Positions 51,801 to 63,330 of a DNA stretch of 64,000 nt are shown piece by piece. The stretch covers positions 19,520,213 through 19,584,212 of the forward strand of contig OZ234493.1 in the NCBI GenBank assembly GCA_965153455.1, read 5' to 3'. The DNA is from Sphagnum compactum (Eukaryota). The notes below the pieces were generated by a model, which was given only the letters and a program-made list of their open reading frames with translations, searched no databases and had not been told where the DNA came from. Positions within the stretch are counted from its first letter, which is position 1. Every line of letters begins with the position of its first letter. The position numbers and the translations under genes are program-made.

Positions 51801-52399
51801 AATTTTCAAACCTAAATTATATGGTGTATCCAATTTATTCAACATTAATACAAAGACAAAAGAATGTTCAAACTTTTTCTATACCCAAATTTTGACAAAG
51901 TCCAAGCAAGTTGAATGGTGGGGACAATCCAAAAAATCAAAGCACTAGAGGAAGTTAAACTACTTTGTTTTTTGGATTGTATAACTGATCATAAGGTGAA
52001 GTCAAACACATAGTATGGATTGGCATTATTTGGCTAATTGTGCTCAAAGAATTAGCAAGTAATATAAACATAATACAAACAAAATCCAAGTTTATTTTGT
52101 ATGCAACCTTGATTCCTCCTCACCAAGTTGACAAAAACTCAAGGGCCACACTATGGTGAACTAATTGTCAATTAGGATTGACATCTTTTCACCCTTGACA
52201 AAGAAATTTTTACATATCATGACTTCTTTGAATATCATTGGTCGAAATATCCATGGTTGTTCAACCAAGCTTCATGGGTGGAGAAGCTTGAAACTGTATA
52301 ATCTCTAATATGTAACTACTTAAATTGTTATCAAATTTTTATTGCCTTCTTGGTGACTACTGAGATTCTCATCATCATTACTTGTAAGAGGAAGAAGGC

Positions 52400-53260
52400 A
52401 TGTAGTGATTTCCCCAAAACCAAATTGAATCACATGTCCCCCATTATCTCAATCCACAAGTTGAATGGTGCCAAACAACATGAATTTTTTTGGATAATAT
52501 CAAAGGACAAAAATTTAATTCAAATCCATAGGCTTTGGGGCTGAAAACATTTTTCCCACAATATTCAAAATTGCAAATGGTTGATTTGTCAATCAATCAA
52601 ACATTTGAGGTTGTATCAAGAGATGAAAATAGACAATCATTCCATTGCACATTTTGTTTGAACCAACAAACTTCAAAAACAATCTCCTTTGCAAGGCTTT
52701 TGAAATCTAATTCAATTACCTCCTTCAATACACCAACATAATCAACAATACCTTTACCTTCTTTAAACGCATGTCATATACCAAAATTACATGTCCACCT
52801 TTTAGCATCAATCACTTTAATTTGAAAATGCCAACCAAAAGCACACATTTCAAAGTATGCCCGTGCATTATTTTCACAACCAAATATGAAAACAAAAAAT
52901 TCTCACATGTTGAGATTCTTTACAATTTTAAACTTAACTGAGACACATATTTGTTTCCTAAACATGTATGTGTTCCACAAATGTGGACAATACTTGACTA
53001 CTTGAACATATTTCTGACTTTTGTTTATGTATATATTTTAGATGATTATAAATGAAAAACAACTAACTCAGAATATCAAAGTTTTGTTTAGTCACTTCAT
53101 CTTGGTTGCCATGATAGTTATTACAATCCATATGCCAAAGTTTTAAATCTAAAAAGGGAATGGTCTTTGCATGTGATGACCCTCGCCTCAACTATTGTGA
53201 ACATCTTTGTTCAACTTCTTAACTGCATTGTATTTTTTCACCCATTTTTTCATTTATTAT
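52400..53260 (-). mobile_element. CACTA (En/Spm) transposase relic, DUF4216-like region
   Basis: RWTCNFGI*HAFKEGKGIVDYVGVLKEVIELDFKSLAKEIVFEVCWFK (~52660-52800) resembles the YxGxxxxIxELDY..F.CxW motif of CACTA transposases. The element probably spans ~50.3-54.3 kb; its ends were not resolved. Confidence 0.65.
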
Positions 53261-55604
53261 GTATCTTATAGAAAAAACATGTTCAAGTGTCAAAAAGGTT
53301 GTTTGAACAGAAATGACATGACAATTTTTCAATTGTCATCAAATTGACATCACATCAATTTTTTTGTCACAACAAACACATAACTAATTTTAACCACAAT
53401 TTATGGTGGTATTTTTTGAATTTTTTCAATTGAAAAGAATATAGGGTAATTCACATTTTAAATCTAAGTGGAAAATACACTTTACAAGTGAATTTTTTTT
53501 ATATATAACATGCAATAGGAAAAAAAAAATTGCATGAAAATGTTAGAAATTAAATTAAGTTTAAGTTTTACTTGTTATTGTAACATTTTTACATCTGATG
53601 TTAATTTTTGGAAGTAAATAATACTTTAAGAATATATTAATTCATTTGCTTTATGATTGCACGTAAATGTGTTAAGGTCACATATAAATATTATGATTTT
53701 TAAAATTCTAGTTATATGTAAACATGCTACAATCTCATTTATAAAATTAAAAAAAAATCATTTCTTACAATTGCATATAAGAATTGTTTTAAAGAAAAAC
53801 ATTATGGTTGCATATGAAAGTAAATAATCTTAACATTGCACATAGAAAATAAGTTTATTACCTCATTATATTTGAAGTCACATGAAAAAATGTTAACATT
53901 GCATGTAAGAAATATATTTTTTGATTTAACTTTTATAGTTCATATAGAATTGTGACAATCACACATAGAAAACAAACTAATTCATTTTATTGATGATTGT
54001 ATGTAAAAATGTTTTAATCACATATATTGTAATCACAATCACTTGTATGGGTTCTTTCCCTCATTTTTAGTTTGGGTTTGGCCAAGTTTGGTTGCATGAT
54101 GTACACTTATGGACATTTGTATGAGAACAAGGTTTTTTGGGTTTTCTGAAGGTGTTAAGGGTGTTATCAAGCATAATTTTTTTGGCCACATGTATTATGC
54201 TAAGTGGTTGCTTGTATGATTTTTTAAAAACTATTTTAGACACCCATTGTTTAATCATATGTATTATGGTTATGGTTGATTGTATAAAAATAATTATTTA
54301 AAAAATTTCAACAATTGTAGTTTCAGTGGCTTGTTAAAATGTTTATTTCATTTTATTTTCTTTACAGTCATGTGTTGTTTAATTCATTCAAGTTTAAATT
54401 ATATTTTTCAATATTTTGTAAAATGACCAACAAATAAGAAGTAAAATAAAGGAAAACAACATGGGGTGTAATATATTTATACAACAATGATCATTCAAGA
54501 AATTTTACAAATTAAAATTTAGTTGGTCTACCTTTTGTAAGATGAATCATCATTTATGCACAAATATTGCTCATCTTTCTAAACTCAAAGAACATGTGCA
54601 TCCAAATTTTCAATGATGTCATGGCATATTTTGCATAAAGTAACATTCACTTAGTCATGGTTATTACTCCACAAATTCTTTCAATGTTTCCATATACCTT
54701 TCAAATTTCAATAAAATACATCTATTAAGTTACATTGTTATTTCACTTCATGTACCAAAACTATCAATAAATGTTCTTGGCTATCAAATAATGAAATTGA
54801 AACTAACATTTGAAGAAGAATTATCACCACAAATATTTCACTTTCCATGATTGCAAATTTCATTCAATCCCCATACTTGGAACAAATCCCAATAGGTACG
54901 GTGTGTTTTGTAGAAGGGGTATTAATTGAAACAAAAAAAATGTTGGCAATCATGTCTAGGATTAGAATATACATGTAGCCAATGAGATGACTAAACATAA
55001 ACCCAAGAGGGTTCATTTTCTTTCCATGGGGGGTGTGATAATGGATTTTTAAAATTCTTCTATTCCCACATGTGTTCGTAATAGCACTTCAGTTTATCCC
55101 ATATTCTTTGTCCAAAGTTTTCCCCTTTTCACTTATATAGGTGAGAGGCATTCCATCCTCACATCAAAATAGTTATTTTGGTGAGCTTTCCAAGTTTATT
55201 TATTTATTTATAATGGTGGGCCAATCAAAATGGCCCGTTGCAAAAAAAAAACAAAACAAAATCAAATCAAATAATAAAACAAAAGTTGGGGAGGCAACCC
55301 ATCCAATGAATAGGAGAGGAGAGATGAATAGATGAGTCATGCCAAATTATATTAAATTGATTCCCTCGCCCCTTGTGTCATAAACCCCCAAATCGAAAGA
55401 AACAAATGGCATCAAATGATATTGTTAAATTCATGTGATTTCAATCTTGAAAAACAACCGTCCTCAAGTTGAGTGAATGGTGCAAAATAATCACATTGTC
55501 AATTTCCATAAGAAGAATCAACCAAATTTTGCTATGGTTAAAGATAAAATAAAAAATATTTAAGAATTACATTATATTTGGGCAACCTATTGGAAGTTAT
55601 TGTT

Positions 55605-56228
55605 CTAAATACTAGTAGGTAACCCGTGGCTACGCCACTCCAGCCACCCCGAACGCTCCATAAATATTGATGATGACTCCAGAAATATTTCCCAATCATT
55701 TTTTAAATGATTAAAATTCTTGTTTGTTGCCTTTAGAGAACCCTTTGTAATGAAATACACCATGCCCACATCAATTTTATCATAGAACCGATCCACAACA
55801 TTGTTGAAGCAAGTAGCTCGAATCTCTCCATTATCTGCATCCAAAAGGTCAAAGGAGAAAACCTTGCCATCTCCCCTGGCGTTGTGGAAACGGCGGACAT
55901 CACTCTTGGCAGTCACTCTTACTTTGATAGTCCACCGACCCTGGTATGGATTCAAGGCGGCAATTGGGACAATTCTGGCAGGTGCTTCATTCTTGGCAAT
56001 GGGTCCTCTATTTGAATAAACAGGGGCAGGTTGGTAGGGAGGAGCAACACTGGGTCTTCCATATGTGTTTTGTTGCTGAACTTGCTGATTATTAACCCCA
56101 CCTACTTCACCCATAGCTAGCCTCTGAAAGTCACCAGAGTTAGTCTGAGGCACAACACTCCCTCCTCCATGTCCATCAGAGTAACTTCCATTATTGGATT
56201 GACCTACACCTCCTTTAATATTCATGTC
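55605..56228 (-). pseudogene. RPA1: Helitron-captured fragment of Replication protein A 70-kDa subunit (linker + DBD-A OB fold); ORF open
   Basis: PPYQPAPVYSNRGPIAKNEAPARIVPIAALNPYQGRWTIKVRVTAKSDVRRFHNARGDGKVFSFDLLD..GEIRATCFN...KGSLK...FNHLKNDWEIFLE. Homology stops at ~55668. No DBD-F, B or C is present. Acceptor CAG at 56231-56229. Confidence 0.88.
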
Positions 56229-56684
56229 CTGTATGTTTTTTGTGATAAACCAAGATAGGACATCTGATTGATACCCTTTGTTTCTTGTATGTATTTGTGA
56301 TCAAATTATGTTTTCATTGATCTTGATAAACCAAGATAGCTTGAAAAAAAGAAAGTCATAAGTTAAAATTTCCTTCCCTTCTCCCTCCCTTCATAAAGAA
56401 CATACCAGGAAATCTTGATGTCCTAGCTTCATACAATTTCAACAGCTTCATGTTATCATACAATTGTTGCAAGAAATGCATTACTTTGTCAGGGAGAGAG
56501 GCTTGAGACAACAAGTGTCTAGGTTGAGCATTCAGGTCAATCATGCCTGATACAGGCTGGTTGTTCTCGAGCAAACCCACTCAAATGGACTAAACACTGA
56601 AACCTGCCATCCTTTGGTGATACATCCCACTACTGTCCTTGCATGCATAAGGTTTACTTTGGCAGGCTGAGTTTCCTGCATGAC

Positions 56685-56847
56685 ACTTCCAATGCAAAGC
56701 TGCTAGAGAAAGCTGCACTAAAAAGAAATGATGACAGATCACAGACATGTGTTTATTGCTTAGGAACTTCCAATGCAAAGCTGCTAGAGAAAGCTGCACT
56801 AAAAAGAAATGATGACAGATCACAGACATGTGTTTATTGCTTAGGAA
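56685..56847. repeat. Exact 81-bp tandem duplication inside the Helitron
   Basis: acttccaatgcaaagc...tgcttagga is repeated at 56685 and 56766. Confidence 0.95.
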
Positions 56848-57971
56848 AGGTTGGTTCTACCAGTCAATTCCTGGAAGCAGAAAGTACAGCATCATGAATG
56901 CTCTTGGACATGTAGACAATGACACACTATGTAGTGGAGCAACGATGCCAATGCACATCCATTTTCAAGTGTTTCTCAGGTCCTTTGCAATTTGCAGAAT
57001 ACCTGTCTCCAGTGCCATATTGGTTCTTTCTGTTGCATCATTGACAATATAAACTTTTGGTGCTAAGTTTTCAAAATACCTGATAATATCCATTTTGCAA
57101 CCTAATTCCAGCACTTGGTGATTTGCAGACCTTAGGAGCACACAATCAAACAAATGAGACAAACAAACCCTAACTCAAGTCTTTACCCACTGATAAGTGG
57201 AGTATGGAGGGTACTTGTGTCCACTTCATCAGCAAACTTGGTGAAAATAGATACAAACTATCAGTCCCAAGAATCTAACATATGAGATTTTCTGCTGTCC
57301 TTCCTACAGGTCCATACTGCAAGGAAAGCTGCTGAGTACCTGCATATTCCAACACTCACCTGGCATGGGTGAAGCAGGAAGGAGGGCCTTGCACGTAATG
57401 AGTCACATTCAGAAATCCCTGTACCCTGTGCAAGAAAAAAAGAATCAAAGCAATAATGGCTCTGACTGACCTGCAAACCTGCACAGGATCAAATGGTATC
57501 AATGTGTTACATTCTACTCTCACACCTAAATGACTAACACAGGGAAGATGGACACTGATAGTGGCAAATTAAGTAACAGAGGATCATCCACATTGCAATC
57601 TTAGGTGCTCTCCACTCCACCTGCAGCAGATGTTATTGGGCCTGCAATCTTGACATACATAGAGAGGAAGAGAGCAAGGGACTGACGTTAACAAATATAG
57701 CCGCATTCAATAGAGATTTACCCATTTTCTGCCCATGTTCACCTGTACACAAACAATTTGTTGGCTCTTATAGCTCCAATTCCAAAACATTTCAAGTTGC
57801 TGGCCTATGATTTTTTATGAATTTTTTTGATGAGGATTGTTGAATTTTGTTATGAATTCATTGCAGCTCTTACTTTGATTCTTACATTCTGGAGGTCAGC
57901 AAATCTCTTAAATGTGCCATTGGCATCTAAAGTTATGAATTGAAAGACAGAGAGACACAGACACAGACACA

Positions 57972-58102
57972 CAGAGAGAAATACAAAAGGGATTTGAATG
58001 TGGTCTCATTGAACATTGCTCTGCTCTTATCTGAATGCATCTTCTTCAGAGAGAAATACAAAAGGGATTTGAATGTGGTCTCATTGAACATTGCTCTGCT
58101 CT
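57972..58102. repeat. 56-bp direct repeat (75-bp period) inside the Helitron
   Basis: cagagagaaatacaaaaggg...ttgctctgctct at 57972 and 58047. Confidence 0.95.
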
Positions 58103-59779
58103 GATGTGAAGCATATGTCTGTCTCTTGGAGCTTTTTCAGAGATCAGAGACATCATGGCAATTTCTAAGAATTTGCTTTTCAAAGATGTTTCCCAACTGC
58201 CCTAACTGCCGCCGGTTCCGGCGTAATGTTAAAACGCAGAACGTCTTGTGACACACAGACACCACTGTAGCTTTTATATATAGGATGGCAATTAAAAAAA
58301 AATTCTTAAAATATGGCAACCTTGGCACATTTTTTTCACAAAATTCCTTGCATGAATCACATTGGATTTTTTAAAAGTCAATTGTCAAAAAAAAAAAAAA
58401 ACATTAGCACAAAATGTTAAACATTTTAATGGACTTAAGAGCTTGTAAAAACACCTTTCATTCCTTTTTTTGCAAAATGATAAGACTTTTCTTATACACT
58501 AATTTACTTTTTGCAAGAATTTATAATGTTTATTTACTTGTTAATATGTGGGCACATAGGCCAATTTGTAAGAATGAAACACAAATGGAAAATAAGACCT
58601 AAAATTTGAATTCTTGTCATAATGATTAGAACCAAGTTGATGGAAAGTGATATTTTTGTGACATGAATAGCAACAAGCAACTTTAACATTAAACATCATC
58701 ATCATTCTAAGCATGTTTCAAAATTTCCTCCAAAATCAATAAAATCAAGTCCAAAAAGCTTTAGGATTTAACATTCAAAATGTTAAATGTTAAATCCTAT
58801 TTTTTAGATTTGTATTTAATAGGTGAGATGTGCTTTGGAGATCTTCACTTTTTATAAAGAGCTCCAACTATCCATTGGAAATAGTTTCCAATTGTTTAGA
58901 AGGAAATTTGAAAGGGAAATAGATACTATTTGGTTGAATTAGTTTTTTGCCCTTATATTCAAACTTGGGCTCTGTGTTGCTTCACTCTACCAATGATGAT
59001 GAATTGTTTTAAAAAAGGATATAGATGTCATATTAATTCATATTTTGGGAAGGGAAAGATGTATATGTTATTTATGGAGTTTCATAAATGTGTTCGTATT
59101 TGTGTCAAAACATATTGAAATTTTTTGGGATCTCCAAATGCAATGTTTGTTGCATATGTTATTGTGAAAACACCACATGATGAGTTGTCTATTTGCTACA
59201 TTACATTTGCATATGTGTATAACAAGTTATTCACATTTATAAGTTTGCATAATAATTGGATTGTGTTGCTAGGCAATTTTTTCGTCATTAGCATATGTGA
59301 ATTGTATATTGTACAATGTAAATTAGGAGGTGACATGTGGATTTTTATTAATATCCAATGATAGTTGTTTATGAATATGTGTTGAAGACATTTTTTGACA
59401 CATGTTGATTTTTTTCCTATGATTGCATATGTATGTTATTCATATCCTAATGATTGTAATTTTTCAACATATAATATTTGCATAACACTTCCTAAATGTT
59501 GGTCACTTAGCCATCCGTCACATTGCCTTCACTCTTGAAAGTTGGCTAAAACCTTAAAAACCACAAAATTTTCATGGTTATTTTTTTTTCTTAAAAAACA
59601 CTTGCCAACTTGTAAAAAATCACAAAAAAAAAGACACCTGTTACATATAAGAAATAAACTTTTAATTGATTTTTACAATTACACCTAAAATGTTATAATC
59701 ACATGTAAATAATTACTTTATCAATTCATTTTGTGTTAAAGTATTATGGTGGGATGTAAGAAATAAAGTTTACAATTTA

Positions 59780-60960
59780 GGTACGCCTTTGTAAGTTTAA
59801 CTTGGTTAACTTAGGATTTATTTTGGTTAACTTAGGTTTTGTTTAAATTTTTCTTAAGATTTGCCTTAGTAAACGTATATTTAATTGAAATTCAAACCAG
59901 GCTTAGTTTTGGGTAGCCTAGGTTGAACCTAAATTTGATCTTAGTTAGTTTAGGTTTTGCATAGGTTTAACATTGATTAACTTGTGCTTAACCTTCACTA
60001 ATCCAAATTTAACCTTTAATTAACCTTGGTTATTTTAGGTTTACCTAGGTCTAGTTCAATTAAATTGTTAGGTTAACTTAAGTTTTATCTAAATTTGGTT
60101 TTTGTTAGCTTAAGTTAAGCCTATGTTAACTTTTATTTAACCAAAATTTAACTTAAGTTTAACCAAAATTAACTTAGGTTTTGCCTTGGTTAGCCTAGGT
60201 TTGACTAATGTTAACCTAAGTGTAATTTAACATTTTTTGCATAGGTTTTACCTTGGTTAATAAATTAAGCAATTTGGTTTAGTTAAAGTTTAACCTACAT
60301 TTAATTGATGTTTAGTTTAGTTTTAACCTAGGTTTAGCTAACATAATAACATAAACTTAACATAAATTAACCTTGGTTAATTTGGGTTTAGCTTAATTTA
60401 ACCAAGGTTTCACTTTGGTTAACTTATATTTAACCTATTTCAGCCTAATTTAACATATGTAACATTAGGTTATAGTAGGTTAGCCTATAATAACTTAAAA
60501 ATGTTTAGGTTATCCTTGGTTAGTTTAAATTAACCTTGATTATTCTAGGTTATGTTAGGTTAGGTTTGTGTTAGTGTGGGTGGATCTAGGTTAATTTATG
60601 TTATCCTAAGTTAGCTTATGTATGCCCAAGCTATTCTAGGTAGGCTTAGGATAACCTAGGTAAGGATAATTCAACCTAGATTTGCTTAAGGTAATCTAGG
60701 TTATGCCTAACTTAGCTAGGGTACATATGTTTTTATACTTAGGTTGTATTAAACTATTGTTTCTAATTTGTGGTGGGTAGCTTTGTTACAAAAAAATAGT
60801 TGTGGTGCAATGGTTGAGGATTCAAACCCTCAAAATGAAGGTGAAAGGTTCAAATCCCCACACTTGCAATCTAAATGTTCAACCTAGGTTACCTAGGTTT
60901 GTTGCCAAAATAACTTGCATAGGCCACCTAGGCTAGGTAGCCTAGCTAGCTTTATTTGAC
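59780..60960. repeat. Degenerate TAACC/GGTTA/CCTAGG low-complexity array (probable CACTA subterminal region)
   Basis: About 1.2 kb dominated by ttaacc, ggttaa and cctagg in both orientations, upstream of the TnpD relic. Confidence 0.75.
60796..60868 (+). other. Decayed tRNA-like sequence / Pol III A- and B-box pair
   Basis: A box TGGTGCAATGG (60803-60813) and B box GGTTCAAATCC (60847-60857) at tRNA-like spacing. The stems pair poorly, so this is not a functional tRNA. Confidence 0.5.
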
Positions 60961-61749
60961 TATGTCATGAATGGCATCTAGCATGACACAAGTGGGGAAA
61001 AAATTTCATTTTTTAACTTTAGGTTGCCACATGGCAACTCATAAACAATCAACAAAAAAATGATTTGATTAAATTTCCATGCGGTAACACATAATAATTA
61101 AGCAAAAAAAAATTGATGCTCTAGGCCTAGGTTGCCACATGTAAATGTAGTTATTAACATTTAGGTCTAGGCTACTTAGGCCAAGCACATGGCAACAAGC
61201 ACTAAAACCCTAAGTTGAAAGAAACAAATGGTATCAAATATAAGACTATATTTTGACAACTTATGAAACTTGTTATCTAAATATCGTGTTTTAAAAAAAA
61301 CAAAATCAACAAACTATGGCAACTTTAACACAAATTTTCAAAGAAATTCTTATATGAGTCACATTATAATTTTTTGTTGCCAAATGCCAAAAAAATATTG
61401 TCATAAAACCTTGTTGGCATCTTAATGGACTTATAAGCTTATAGAAATACCTTTCATTCTTATTTATGCAAAGTGAAAATAGTTGCATTGTATACCAATT
61501 AACCTTTGGCATGAAATTTTAATGTTCATTCAAACCTAAATTAATCATTATGAATTCACATTTATTGTATTTTATAAATATCATTCACTTCACCTAATAA
61601 AATAAATATGCAAGTTCCAACTATCTTGAAGTAAACTTTGGAATAAACCAACTACTATTTTAATGGTTTAATTAATCTTTTGCCCTTATACCCAATCTTA
61701 ACAAATGATTTGCAACAATTTGCAATTTGTGCACAAATTATCTTGCTCC

Positions 61750-63330
61750 TATTATGGGTGTGAATAGAGGTCTTTTATTTTCGTGCTCTTGGAATGGTTT
61801 CTTAAAAAATGGTTTCCAGATGGTTTCATTGAAGCAAACCATTTCCAAGTGCGTCTCATTGAAGGTTTCACTTGGAAATGGTTCACTTCAATGAAATGCA
61901 CTTGGGATATGATCACAAAGCATTTTCAATTCTTCAAGAAACAATTATACTATGTATTGTCATAGTTCTTCATTTCGCATGAATGATCAAATTGAACATA
62001 ATAAATGTTCTTGTGGTGGATAGGTCTAGTGGTAGGTTATAATTCACAAAACAAATGGGCCACATTGTGTATTTTGAACTAAAATGGAAATATGAGTTCA
62101 TACCATAAGTTGCAAGATTGAACTTAAAAGTTTAAGTTCAAATTTCAAATTGAAACCGTTTTGTTTCAATATGTGCTTAAGCCTTTAAATATGATTATCC
62201 CTATCAAAAACAAGATCACTACTATGGTTCTTTTTGTGCCATTTCATCACAACAATTTGATTTTGGTCAAGATCAATTGTTGAATTCTTAAAGCTAAGAA
62301 GTTAAATTAGATTGTTCACAATTGGTGGAGTAAAACCTATCACAAGCAAATTATACCATTCCCTTATTCAATTCTAGACCTTGACAAACGAATTGCATAG
62401 GATTGATGGAAACCAAGAAGTTGCAAATCAAGTGAATTCATTAGATTTGTGGATGAAATGAGTTGTATCAAACTATAACATTTATAAACATAACTCTAAT
62501 TATTTCTTGATCAATTGAAAGTGTTGTGGAATGAAGGTTGTTGTGTACAAAACATGTCAAAGCTAATGAATATTGAATTTGAAGTTAAGGTCATATTTAT
62601 GTGGATAATGCATGATTATTTATGTCTTGACATTTGTTCACGTTACATTACAAAAAAAATTCAATGTTTATAGTTATACTCAACTTGTTACACTTCATTA
62701 TGGGAAGTGCTATTGAAATTTGAACCTTTCATTGGTTTGTAAAACATCATTATTTAACCATATTGTAGCTTTTGACTATGTGTCAAAATTGTCTACTTGC
62801 ATTCTATTTTGTTATAATAAGGATCCAAAGTGGTGTAACACCCAATAGAAAAAGTCATGAAAATTAAAATCTTGTTAAACGTTTTGAAAGAACTACTTTT
62901 GAACCTTGTGATTTTTAATATAGGGTTGTCGACAAAAGGAAAACTTGCAAATTTTTAATCCATACATGACCTAGATTCAAGGTGTTCGAAAAAAATTGAA
63001 GAAAATTATCTTTGATGAACATACCTATAGATCATCCATTTTGAACTAAATCAAAACACTCATTCAATGCGCTTTAAAAAAATTGTCAACCACAATAGCG
63101 AATGACAATAAAAATGTTGACAACTATACATGGAAAAAGATGTTTGAATTCATGAAAGGTTTTGGGAGATTGCATGGCTAAGGAACTTGTATGAAAAGAC
63201 TTTCTGCATTTTAAAACTTGGATTATTCACCATATTTGGTGATCCACCACCTTCTTGATCCAATGCATGTTGTGAAAAATGTTAACAAATCATTGTTAAG
63301 CCAATTGTTGAGGAAACATATTTTGAAGCA
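61750..63330 (+). mobile_element. CACTA TnpD/Tnp2-type transposase relic
   Basis: Cys-containing segment ~61950-62020, EVKVIFMWIMHDYLCL (62581-62628) and MKRLSAF*NLDYSPYLVIHHLLDPMHVVKNV (~63190-63283). These correspond to the WTIHDYP and LPYW..LDVMHIEKNV motifs. A decayed right TIR is possible at ~63460-63472. Confidence 0.8.

Larger units (their letters stand above)
55612..58285 (-). mobile_element. Complete non-autonomous Helitron (2674 bp) carrying captured gene fragments
   Basis: 5' end A|TCCTATATATAAAAGC at 58285. 3' end GTGGC-GTA-GCCAC hairpin (55638-55626), a 10-nt spacer, then CTAG|T at 55612. No TSD. The empty site tattgttctaaata|tggcaatt matches an uninterrupted repeat copy at ~7417-7440. 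No Rep/helicase ORF. Confidence 0.9.

Noticed and set aside
55605-56225. Functional cellular RPA1 gene
   Set aside because: Only one OB fold is present. Homology ends abruptly at a Helitron terminus with no splice donor or downstream RPA exons.
60796-60868. Functional tRNA gene
   Set aside because: The acceptor, anticodon and T stems do not pair adequately; only the A and B boxes remain.
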